The notes beneath the pieces are model-generated. The model saw nothing but the letters and a program-made list of their open reading frames with translations. It did not search any database and was not told where the DNA came from. This document shows, in pieces, positions 40,594-49,661 of a stretch of 64,000 nt of DNA. The position numbers were made by a program, and so were the translations under genes. Each line of letters opens with the position of its first letter. The first letter of the stretch is position 1. The stretch comes from Bacteroidia bacterium (GTDB lineage Bacteria; Bacteroidota; Bacteroidia; J057; JADKCL01): NCBI GenBank assembly GCA_041565275.1, contig JBFGVE010000002.1:8775-72774 (forward strand), read 5' to 3'.

Positions 40594-41307
40594 ATGAAGA
40601 GAAAAGACATCCTCCGCATCGTATGCATGGTTTTGGCCTTTGGTCTGGTTATTTACACGATCGTATCAGGTTTGTCTTCAACCTTGCCCTACCAAGGCCC
40701 AACCAATGGTCAAACTTCGAGGAATTTCTTTTTTCACGTTCCGATGTGGTTTGCGATGATGGTAATGGGATATACTTCCGTAGTGTACAGTATTAAGTAT
40801 CTTCGAAAAATGGATCCCCGGCATGATGTATTGGCCGCAGAGGCTGCAAGGCTAACAGTTCTGTTCGGTGTTTTGGGGTTACTCACAGGCATAGTTTGGT
40901 CAAGGGTCACCTGGGGCCAGGCACTTGACAGCACAGACCCGGGTGCGTGGTGGCCTTGGGAACCAAAGCAGACCATGGCCTTGATATGTGTCCTGATCTA
41001 TCTGGGTTTCTTTTTGATCCGCTCTTCTTTTTCGGACCCTGTCCAGAGAGCCAAAATATCTTCTGTTTTCAATATCTTCGCTGCAGCATCCATCTATCCA
41101 CTGCTCTATGTTATTCCGAAAGTCCTTCCGGGTCTTCATCCCAATACCGGTGGTGATGGATCGGCTCTTGGTACTATGAGCCCTGGATATTATTACATTT
41201 TCTGGCCTGCTGTTCTTGGATTCATTTTGACTGCAGCATGGTTGCTGGATCTGAGAGGTCGCATCGCTGTCATCAATTACGAACTCAATTCCATCGATGA
41301 TGAATAG
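40594..41307 (+). CDS. ccmC: Heme exporter / heme-handling protein CcmC
   Basis: 237 aa and polytopic. It has the WWD-type motif region WGQALDSTDPGAWWPWEPKQT and conserved histidines. Confidence 0.85.
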   Translation: MKRKDILRIVCMVLAFGLVIYTIVSGLSSTLPYQGPTNGQTSRNFFFHVPMWFAMMVMGYTSVVYSIKYLRKMDPRHDVLAAEAARLTVLFGVLGLLTGIVWSRVTWGQALDSTDPGAWWPWEPKQTMALICVLIYLGFFLIRSSFSDPVQRAKISSVFNIFAAASIYPLLYVIPKVLPGLHPNTGGDGSALGTMSPGYYYIFWPAVLGFILTAAWLLDLRGRIAVINYELNSIDDE

Positions 41308-41551
41308 ATTTCTGAACATCCTCAACGGATTTATGGCGCCTGATCCCAATAGCTTCCTTTTCAAAGATGAAAAGATCAATACCGTGATCGTCGTCCTGGT
41401 AATCGTTTGGACTATTATCGCAGGATATATGTTCTTTACCGGGCAGAAGATCAGCAGGATTGAAAGGGAAGTTGCTGACCTAAAAGAGAAGTATTCAGTC
41501 AGGGAAGAGGAAAAAGAAAATAGAATTGAAATTCAGGATAACCGCTCATGA
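41297..41551 (+). CDS. Small single-TM protein in the CcmD position
   Basis: 84 aa with one TM (VIVVLVIVWTIIAGYMFF) and a charged C-terminal tail. It overlaps ccmC and ccmE. Assignment is positional only. Confidence 0.45.
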   Translation: MMNRFLNILNGFMAPDPNSFLFKDEKINTVIVVLVIVWTIIAGYMFFTGQKISRIEREVADLKEKYSVREEEKENRIEIQDNRS

Positions 41552-41958
41552 AAACTGTGAACATAGCCAAGTTGATCGGCATCGCTCTTATAGCAATGCT
41601 GGGTTTGGTATTTTTATCATTCAGTGGTGTGCTCGGCAGTGCCAGCAAATATACTACCTTTACTGAAGCGAAGAAGTCAGGCGGATCTGTACATGTAGTC
41701 GGGCAATGGGTCCGTCGGAACCAAGCCCACTATGACATTGACAACGACATTTTTTCATTCTACATGCAAGACACCTCCAATGTGGTATCAATGGTTCAGT
41801 ACCATGATCCTCAACCTATCAATTTTGAGACAGCCGACAAGATTGTGATCGAAGGGAAGTATTTAGGAGAGGTGTTTGATGCAGAGCGTATTTTGATGAA
41901 ATGCCCTTCCAAATACAATAAGGATGAATTCACAATTGAAGAGGCTAAATCCAGTTGA
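41548..41958 (+). CDS. ccmE: Cytochrome c maturation heme chaperone CcmE, CXXXY variant
   Basis: 136 aa with an N-terminal TM anchor and an OB-fold-like body. The C-terminal ILMKCPSKYNKDE aligns with the canonical VLAKHDENYTPPE, so Cys119 (TGC at 41902..41904) replaces the heme-binding His and Tyr123 is retained. Confidence 0.85.
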   Translation: MKTVNIAKLIGIALIAMLGLVFLSFSGVLGSASKYTTFTEAKKSGGSVHVVGQWVRRNQAHYDIDNDIFSFYMQDTSNVVSMVQYHDPQPINFETADKIVIEGKYLGEVFDAERILMKCPSKYNKDEFTIEEAKSS

Positions 41959-42002
41959 AAAGGTCAAACCTCTTTGGGATTTGAAACGCAGTAATTACAC
42001 TT

Positions 42003-45000
42003 ATGACAGGCGGATTTCTTGGAGAATTATTTGCAGCGTTGTCCTTTGGCAGTGCATTGGTTTCAGCTCTGTCTTTGCTGATTGGGAGTGAGCGAAAAGG
42101 GCCTGAAACGCCAGGATGGCGGAAAATAGGCTATACTTCTTTCGCCATTCATGCCTTTTCAGTGGTGGGGATTATTGGGACGATGTTCTACTTGATAGCT
42201 TCCCACCAGTTCCAGTACCATTATGTTTGGAGTCATTCTTCAAGCGAGCTTCCAGTCTATTACATGATCTCGTGTTTCTGGGAAGGACAGGAGGGGAGTT
42301 TCCTTTTATGGACCTTCTGGAATGCTGTCTTGGGGGGAATCTTATTGCTTTTTGGCAATAAGGCTTGGCGGGACACCGTCGTTGGGGTTATTGCTTCGGT
42401 TAATCTAGTACTAGCCTCAATGATCCTAGGCGTCTATGTTCCTGACTTAGGAACGTTGGTATTGATCCTACTGGTTATTCTCAGCCCGGCAGTTTACCTG
42501 ATCTACCGTTTTTTACAGAAGAAAGACGATCTGCTTTCCAAAGGAGTGATTCATATCGCTGGTGGAGTAGTCGCAGTCATTTCTGCCACGCTGATCTTAA
42601 CCGATAACTCAGGTGTATTTTCATTCTCAAAGCTTGAAAGCATGTTCAGCAGTGGAGGTTCGCCTTATTTGCTGGCTTTCTTGTTCATCCTGGGATTCAC
42701 GATTTTAGTGGTCACTCAAATTGTCAAGGCGGTCTCCGCAAGCGAAAAGAAAGAACTGGATACGAGGGAAATATTCTCCGCCATCGCCCTCATTTTCGTT
42801 GGTATCCTGGCCCTTACAACGGAAATCGGGACCGCCAAGATCGGCTCTTCTCCCTTCCTTCTTTTAAAGGATGCATTTCCCGACGCCCCTATCTTTAGGG
42901 CCAATCCTGACTTTATCCCGGTCAACGGAAACGGACTCAACCCATTGCTCCAGAACTATTGGATGGTGATCCACCCTCCGACTCTCTTCCTTGGCTTTGC
43001 TTCCACGGTAGTACCCTTTGCATTTGTGATGGGGGGATTGATAACGGGGCGCTATGTAGAATGGATCCGTCCTTCCGTTCCCTGGCTGATCTTTTCTGTA
43101 ATGATCTTGGGAATTGGGATCATCATGGGTGGGTATTGGGCGTATGAAACCCTCAATTTCGGAGGCTATTGGAACTGGGACCCGGTTGAAAACTCAAGCT
43201 TAGTACCCTGGATCGCAGGTATTGCTGCTTTACATGCCTTGGTTGCTTACAGGAAGAGCAAAGCATTTCTCAAATTGACCATGGTCTTGGTATCTGTCAC
43301 CTTTCTTCTGGTCTTATACAGTACTTTCCTGACGAGAAGTGGTATCCTTGGTGAAACCTCAGTCCACACCTTTACCGACCTTGGGCTGAGTGGACAGCTT
43401 ATCTTGTTGATGGCGATCTACTTCATTTGGATGTTGTCTGTCTTTGTCAGCCGCTGGAATGTAATCCCGTCTGGGACAAGGGTGATCAGGTACCGTTCCG
43501 CCGAATTTGTTCTTTTTCTTGCAGTTGCTGTATTGTGCTCAGTGGGTATCATCATTACAATCGCCACTTCGATCCCGGTATTCAACAGTGTGTTAGGTAC
43601 CAATTTTGCTCCTGTCAAGGATGTATCTTTCTTTTACTTTCGATGGATTGTTTGGTTTACTATTGCCTTGGCCATCCTGTCTGGTGTAGGTCAGTTTATG
43701 TACTGGCGACGGATCGGTAAAAAGAAACTAAGCTCGGCCCTCTTGCGCCCTTACCTGTTGGCCCTCGGTTTAGCCTCCGGAATGATCGCCTCAATTATCT
43801 TCTTTACCAATTGGGACTTCATCTACGAACCACGCTACCGGGAATGGGCTGAATTGGCCGAGTTGTCCGAAAATGGGATCATCAAGGCATTTCGCTATGT
43901 CCGCCTCTCTTTCTTCATCTTTACTGATGAAATCCTTCTCTTTAGCGCCTTGTTCATGGTTCTTGCGAACCTCGATGTTATGATCAACCTGTTGAGCAAA
44001 AAGCGAAAGACGCGTATAGTCACAGGTGGATCAATTGCCCATATTGGTTTTGCTTTGATGCTGATCGGTTTTTTATTCTCTTCTGGCTATGATCAGGTAA
44101 TCTCCAAGAATGTAAATCCCCAGGAACTTACAGCTCTTCCACAAGATGCCCGGATCGACAATGTGCTATTGGAAAAGAACCGCCCTCGGGATATTCTCGG
44201 GTATCAGGTGACTTATACCGGTAAAAAGGAAGCCCACCCACCGTTGGAAGATGTACAAGTACTCTGGCAAACTGAGGACGAATTCAAAGTTAGTTTCTTG
44301 GATGTAACCGGTGATAAATATGCTATACAGCTCCCAAAATTGGTTTTTCTGAATGCTGTAGGAAAGATTAACATGGATTTTGTGAAGGAGTTCCTGGATG
44401 ACAAGATCGATTTCCTCCGCCCTAAACATATCAATGACCGCACGTTGTACGGAGTAAAATTCACACCCCGGTTAAATAACAAAGACGGAACCGTAGAATA
44501 CAGGGAAGACAATTCTTTTGTTCTCTATCCGGAGGCTGAGGTCAACTCGGAAATGGGCCTGATCGCCCACCCTTCCCGCAAGATCAAGGCAACTTCCGAT
44601 ATCTATGTGCACGTCTCCACCATTCCAAAAGTCGAAGAAGAGGAAGCAAAGTTTGAGTTTTACCGCGTTACTGCTCAGATCGGAGATACTATGCAGACCG
44701 CACGGGCGGGAATTTACTTTGCCGGAATTACCCCGCAAGAAACATCCGGAACTCCTTTTTCACTGATTGTACAGGTTGACCTCCAGATAGTCACAGATAA
44801 GGGTACCCATTTGGTTGCCAATCCTCTTTACCGGATTGACCTACAGAATCAAATATCTATAAAGGACTTTTACATAGAAGAGATTGCCACTTCAGTGGCT
44901 ATGGTTTCCATTGATCCTGAAACGGGCACCTTTGGATTTCAATTTCAGGAACGCACCAATCCTCCGGAAGATATCATTGTGATTCAAGCTTTAAAAAAGC

Positions 45001-45152
45001 CTTATATCAATGTTCTGTGGCTTGGTACTTTTATTCTCGTGGCTGGTTTTGTGGTAGCTATGGTTCGCAGGATAAAAGAAAACTTTCGACTGGGCGGAAA
45101 ACCGGACGTTGCTGAGGAAGAATACCCAGAAACGCAGGAAAGGGCGGATTGA
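42003..45152 (+). CDS. ccmF: Cytochrome c heme lyase/CcmF, unusually long (1049 aa)
   Basis: WWD motif FGGYWNWDPVENSSLVPW, HPPTLFLGF, and many TM segments. A ~330-aa Cys-free soluble region lies before the final TM helix. Confidence 0.88.
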   Translation: MTGGFLGELFAALSFGSALVSALSLLIGSERKGPETPGWRKIGYTSFAIHAFSVVGIIGTMFYLIASHQFQYHYVWSHSSSELPVYYMISCFWEGQEGSFLLWTFWNAVLGGILLLFGNKAWRDTVVGVIASVNLVLASMILGVYVPDLGTLVLILLVILSPAVYLIYRFLQKKDDLLSKGVIHIAGGVVAVISATLILTDNSGVFSFSKLESMFSSGGSPYLLAFLFILGFTILVVTQIVKAVSASEKKELDTREIFSAIALIFVGILALTTEIGTAKIGSSPFLLLKDAFPDAPIFRANPDFIPVNGNGLNPLLQNYWMVIHPPTLFLGFASTVVPFAFVMGGLITGRYVEWIRPSVPWLIFSVMILGIGIIMGGYWAYETLNFGGYWNWDPVENSSLVPWIAGIAALHALVAYRKSKAFLKLTMVLVSVTFLLVLYSTFLTRSGILGETSVHTFTDLGLSGQLILLMAIYFIWMLSVFVSRWNVIPSGTRVIRYRSAEFVLFLAVAVLCSVGIIITIATSIPVFNSVLGTNFAPVKDVSFFYFRWIVWFTIALAILSGVGQFMYWRRIGKKKLSSALLRPYLLALGLASGMIASIIFFTNWDFIYEPRYREWAELAELSENGIIKAFRYVRLSFFIFTDEILLFSALFMVLANLDVMINLLSKKRKTRIVTGGSIAHIGFALMLIGFLFSSGYDQVISKNVNPQELTALPQDARIDNVLLEKNRPRDILGYQVTYTGKKEAHPPLEDVQVLWQTEDEFKVSFLDVTGDKYAIQLPKLVFLNAVGKINMDFVKEFLDDKIDFLRPKHINDRTLYGVKFTPRLNNKDGTVEYREDNSFVLYPEAEVNSEMGLIAHPSRKIKATSDIYVHVSTIPKVEEEEAKFEFYRVTAQIGDTMQTARAGIYFAGITPQETSGTPFSLIVQVDLQIVTDKGTHLVANPLYRIDLQNQISIKDFYIEEIATSVAMVSIDPETGTFGFQFQERTNPPEDIIVIQALKKPYINVLWLGTFILVAGFVVAMVRRIKENFRLGGKPDVAEEEYPETQERAD

Positions 45153-45922
45153 TGCGGATTGGATTGATCGGTACTGGTAATGTAGGCTGGAACTTGGCGG
45201 CAGGTATCGTAAATAGTCCTTATGCCATGGTACAGGTCCTATCAAGGAACAGGGCATCCGCCGCTGCGTTGGCAAAAGAGTTCAAAATACCCCATTCGGG
45301 TAAGTCTCCCTTGGACCTGCTCCCGGATCTGGACTTGGTCATTCTTGCCGTTAGTGACCACAGCGTTTCAGAGGTTGCCCTCGCTGTTGGCCCGCACTTC
45401 TCTCAAACAATATTTGTTCATACATCAGGGTCTGTTTCCTTAGAGGCGCTAGTGCCTGTCGGATCCAAGATAGGGGTCTTTTACCCGATGCAGACCTTTA
45501 CCAAAGGCCGAAAAGCAGATTGGAAGGAGGTTCCCATATTTCTGGAAGGGGATGTAGCAGTTCTGGACAAAATCCGTCCACTAGCGGAGTACCTCTCCGA
45601 CCGGGTAAGTGATTTTGATTCAATAGATCGGCTTAAACTCCATCTGGGAGCCGTTTTGGCAAGTAATTTTGTTAATTACCTTTTCCTGCTGGCAAGTGAT
45701 ACAGTACGCGATCTTCCAGAGGCAAACCTCTCTACTTACGCTCCATTGATCCGGGAGGCGGTAGATAAAGCTTTCGACATCGGCCCCTCAAAAGCTCAAA
45801 CCGGGCCAGCCCGGCGAGGTGATGAGGTTACAATGCAAAAGCACCTTCAGCTGCTTTCTGGAAAGGAGAAAGAATTGTATAGGCTCATCTCGAAAATGAT
45901 TTTTGACCGATTCAAAGGTTGA
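45152..45922 (+). CDS. Rossmann-fold oxidoreductase-like protein (ProC/F420-NADP oxidoreductase N-domain plus DUF2520-like C-domain)
   Basis: MRIGLIGTGNVGWNLAAG is a dinucleotide-binding start. ATG at 45152 (track start 45149 is a TTG), overlapping the ccmF stop. Confidence 0.5.
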   Translation: MRIGLIGTGNVGWNLAAGIVNSPYAMVQVLSRNRASAAALAKEFKIPHSGKSPLDLLPDLDLVILAVSDHSVSEVALAVGPHFSQTIFVHTSGSVSLEALVPVGSKIGVFYPMQTFTKGRKADWKEVPIFLEGDVAVLDKIRPLAEYLSDRVSDFDSIDRLKLHLGAVLASNFVNYLFLLASDTVRDLPEANLSTYAPLIREAVDKAFDIGPSKAQTGPARRGDEVTMQKHLQLLSGKEKELYRLISKMIFDRFKG

Positions 45923-45973
45923 TCCTTAGTATCCAAATGGAACGCCCGTCTCAATACTTCCTGTCGAAAAAGA

Positions 45974-47113
45974 TCATTTGAGGAGTTGGCGAGAAATCAC
46001 AATTTGCTGGATCTCGCTGGTTCCTTCGTAGATTTCTGTGATTTTTGCATCCCGATACATCCGTTCCACATGGTAGTCCTTGACATAACCGTTTCCACCA
46101 TGGATCTGGACGGCTTCGGAGGTCACCTCCATCGCCACTTTAGAAGCGTAATATTTGGCCATGGCACTGCTGAAGTCATAATTGCCACCGGTGTCTTTGT
46201 CATAAGCAGATTTCAGGACCAGCAGACGAGCTGCTTCTATTTCGGTAGCCATATTAGCCAACTTAAACTGGATGGCTTGATGGTGCATGATCTCCTTGCC
46301 AAAAGCTTTACGGACCTTTGCATATTCACGAGCCAGTTCGTAGGCACCACTTGCGATGCCCAACGCCTGGGCTGCAATCCCGATACGTCCTCCGGATAGT
46401 GTCTTCATGGCAAATTTGAAACCGAATCCGTCTACACCTACGCGGTTCTCTTTTGGAACAATGACATCGTTAAAATTCAAGGTGTGGGTGTCGGAACTCC
46501 GGATACCAAGTTTATTTTCTTTGGGACCTACTTCAAAGCCTTCCATTCCCTTTTCTACAATGAGGCAGTTGATGCCGCGGTGCCCTTTTTCTTTGTTGGT
46601 CTGGGCCATGACCAAGTAGATAGAGGCTGAGTTGCCGTTTGTAATCCAGTTTTTGGTGCCATTGAGAACATAGTGGTCACCCATGTCAAGGGCAGTGGTG
46701 CGTTGTTGAGTAGCATCAGAGCCAGCTTCCGGTTCGGAAAGACAAAAAGCACCGATCTTTTGACCAGTGGCCAGTGGCACCAAGTATTTCTGCTTTTGCT
46801 CTTCGGTGCCAAATTTTTCCAAGCCCCAATTAACCAGTGAGTTCTGTACTGAAACGACCACTGCTGCTGAAGCATCCTTCTTGGAAAATTCGTCTATGGC
46901 GAGGACATAAGAAACGGTATCCATGCCGCTACCACCATACTTGGGATCGACCATCATACCCAAAAACCCGAGTTCCCCCATCTTTTTAATCTGTTCCGTA
47001 GGGAAGCGTTGTGCCTCATCTCGCTCGATCACGTCGGGCCACAACTCATTCACAGCAAAATCCCGTGCCGAGTCACGGATCAACAGATGTTCTTCTGACA
47101 ATTCAAAGTTCAT
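45974..47113 (-). CDS. Acyl-CoA dehydrogenase (short/butyryl-CoA type)
   Basis: 379 aa with CLSEPEAGSDA, WITNG, GGRIGIAAQALG and YEGTSEIQ motifs. Confidence 0.92.
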   Translation of the reverse strand: MNFELSEEHLLIRDSARDFAVNELWPDVIERDEAQRFPTEQIKKMGELGFLGMMVDPKYGGSGMDTVSYVLAIDEFSKKDASAAVVVSVQNSLVNWGLEKFGTEEQKQKYLVPLATGQKIGAFCLSEPEAGSDATQQRTTALDMGDHYVLNGTKNWITNGNSASIYLVMAQTNKEKGHRGINCLIVEKGMEGFEVGPKENKLGIRSSDTHTLNFNDVIVPKENRVGVDGFGFKFAMKTLSGGRIGIAAQALGIASGAYELAREYAKVRKAFGKEIMHHQAIQFKLANMATEIEAARLLVLKSAYDKDTGGNYDFSSAMAKYYASKVAMEVTSEAVQIHGGNGYVKDYHVERMYRDAKITEIYEGTSEIQQIVISRQLLK

Positions 47114-47456
47114 GGGTATACCTGAGTTAATGTTTCCACACTAAAAACCAAAAGTTCCACAATTAGGACCACAAAAATAATAGAAACTCAGCAGAGACAA
47201 ACTCCCTGAAATACTTTTCTTGGGAATAATGTCGATGATTGATACGAATAAGATAGTGGTCCTGGCCTATTCAAAGGTCCCTAGCTCCTTAGCCTGTTGA
47301 ACCACCCTCTTAGAAAACCTTCCTTCTTCTTGTTCCCGAACCTTTACAATTGTAGAAGACAGATAATTTAGTTTCTTAATTTCTGTCAGCCTACTACACC
47401 CAGAAAAACAGAAATCCTAATGCACCGACCAAGCAATTGCAATAACCCAGTTGGAT

Positions 47457-49607
47457 TTAGAAATAAAATTCAGTTTTCCACTCCTTTGTGAACCTAAGCC
47501 TAGCGTCAAATGATTTCCCTGTGCGGCTGGTGAATCCCTTGACATGTTTTGCTGTCACTCCTTCACGAATTAACTCTTCTAAATGCTCCTTTTCGATAAA
47601 TTTGCCCGCGATATATGGTTTGACGGTAAAATCACATCCCTCATTGTATCTGGAACAACCAAAGGCGCGCTTTCCCTTTAAAACATTCCCTTTTTTACAT
47701 TTGGGACAGACCAGTCCCTCCAGAATGTATGAGGGCATAGTTGTCGAAGGTGACTTCATACCTTTGACTTCATTGATGATGGTTGCAGTATACCGCTTGA
47801 CCTCGTTCATAAATTTAACGTGATCGTACTGGCCCTTGGCAATTTTATTGAGACGTGATTCCCATTCCCCAGTCAGGTCGGGACTGGCAATTGGCCTGGT
47901 TCGGACCAATCGGATCAGAGCCAGGCCTCGTTCAGTCGGTATCAACTTCTTTTTGTCTCTTCGAATATAATTGCGCTTGATCAACCGTTCAATCATTCCG
48001 GCTCGGGTAGCCGGTGTGCCCAGACCTCGGTCCTTCATCGCTTCCCGCAATTCTTCGTCTTCCATTTCCTTACCACAAGTTTCCATCAAGGCCAAAATAC
48101 TGGATTCCGTATGGATAGGAGGTGCCTTGGTACGCTTTTTTGGCATCTTCTTCTCCCGGATATCCAGGAATTCCCCGACCTTCACATAGGGCAATTCAGC
48201 CTCTTCTTTTTTTCTGTCTCTTTTTCCATTTCTCTTTTTTCGTTTGTCCAATGCTTGGTCAAGGCTAAAATAGACCAGGCGCCAGCCGGGATCCTTGACC
48301 ATGGTTCCTTTGGCACGAAAACGCTCTCCTGCCTCTTCAAATACGATCTCGGACAATTCTTTTTGGCAGGTTCCCATGAATGCACCCAGTAAACGGCGAA
48401 CAACCAAATCATAAATCATGTAATGTTCCTTAGGCATCCCGGAAGATGTAGGAGGCGTTTCTGTGGGAATAATGGCGTGGTGGTCTGTGACCTTGCGGTC
48501 ATCGAAAAATCTGCTCTGCTTTTTGAGGCCCCGTTGACGAATGACTCCTATAAAAGAGGTGTAGGCTCCAACAGAGGATAAGTTCTTTAACAATGCAGGC
48601 ATTTGAGGGTAGAGGTCATCTGACAAATATTGAGAATCGGTACGAGGGTAGGTGAGGGTCTTGTATTTTTCGTACAGTTCCTGAGCCAGGTCGAGGGTCT
48701 TCTGGGCGGAGAAATTATATCTCTTGTTAGCATCCTTCTGCAGGGAAGTTAAATCGTAGAGCAGTGGCGGTTGTTCCTGTTTGGGCTTTTTATTGGCTGA
48801 TTCAACCACAACCTTGTTCCCTAGTTTCTCGAGGACTTCTCTGGCCTTGACTTCTTCCGTAAATCTATCGGTCCCTTCAGTGAACCATTTGGCTTCAAAC
48901 TGCTGCCCTTCTTTTTCCAGGTCCAGGATTAATTCCCAGTAAGTTTCCGAAGTGAATGCCTCGACTTCCAGATAGCGGTCAACCAGCAATTTCAGGATTG
49001 GAGTTTGTACCCTGCCTAGCGAAACAGGCTGTTTCCGTTTCTGGTTTTCCGAGGTGAAGGGTCTTTGCTTTCCGTATTTTAGCGTATACGCCTGGGTAGC
49101 ATTGATCCCGACTAACCAGTCCGCTTCAGATCGGCAACGGGCCGCGTGGTATAAGTTGTCGTAATCGGTACCCGGTTTGAGTCTGGCGAATCCTTCCTTG
49201 AGTGCTTTGTCCGTCTGAGAAGAAACCCAGAGACGGGTAAATGGCGCTTTACAGCCTGACTGGAGATAGATATAGCGAAAAATGAGTTCTCCTTCTCGGC
49301 CGGCGTCTGTTGCACAAATAATCTCGTCGGCACTATTGAACAGTTGTTCTATGACCCTGTATTGCCGAGCCCTGCCTTGGTCATCGGTGACCTTCGTTTT
49401 GAATGAATCCGGAACAATGGGTAAAGTAGACAATGACCAAAAAGGATATCCATAGTCCTTTGTATCCGACAAGGATACCAAGTGACCGATGGCATAGGTA
49501 ACCTGGTATCCATTTCCTTCAAAATAGCCCTCCAAACGCGTTTTGGCACCCAGTACCCGGGCCAGTTCACGCGCAACGGATGGTTTTTCTGCGATCACGA
49601 CTTTCAT
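47457..49607 (-). CDS. topB: DNA topoisomerase III (type IA)
   Basis: 716 aa with a Toprim N-terminus (MKVVIAEKPSVA). The active-site region has LTYPRTDSQYLS. C-terminal Zn-ribbons read CPKCKKG..GCSRYNEGC. Confidence 0.88.
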   Translation of the reverse strand: MKVVIAEKPSVARELARVLGAKTRLEGYFEGNGYQVTYAIGHLVSLSDTKDYGYPFWSLSTLPIVPDSFKTKVTDDQGRARQYRVIEQLFNSADEIICATDAGREGELIFRYIYLQSGCKAPFTRLWVSSQTDKALKEGFARLKPGTDYDNLYHAARCRSEADWLVGINATQAYTLKYGKQRPFTSENQKRKQPVSLGRVQTPILKLLVDRYLEVEAFTSETYWELILDLEKEGQQFEAKWFTEGTDRFTEEVKAREVLEKLGNKVVVESANKKPKQEQPPLLYDLTSLQKDANKRYNFSAQKTLDLAQELYEKYKTLTYPRTDSQYLSDDLYPQMPALLKNLSSVGAYTSFIGVIRQRGLKKQSRFFDDRKVTDHHAIIPTETPPTSSGMPKEHYMIYDLVVRRLLGAFMGTCQKELSEIVFEEAGERFRAKGTMVKDPGWRLVYFSLDQALDKRKKRNGKRDRKKEEAELPYVKVGEFLDIREKKMPKKRTKAPPIHTESSILALMETCGKEMEDEELREAMKDRGLGTPATRAGMIERLIKRNYIRRDKKKLIPTERGLALIRLVRTRPIASPDLTGEWESRLNKIAKGQYDHVKFMNEVKRYTATIINEVKGMKSPSTTMPSYILEGLVCPKCKKGNVLKGKRAFGCSRYNEGCDFTVKPYIAGKFIEKEHLEELIREGVTAKHVKGFTSRTGKSFDARLRFTKEWKTEFYF

Positions 49608-49661
49608 ACCTCAAAGATACAAAGGGGTAGATTAACACAATTAGAATTGTTACTTTCAGGA

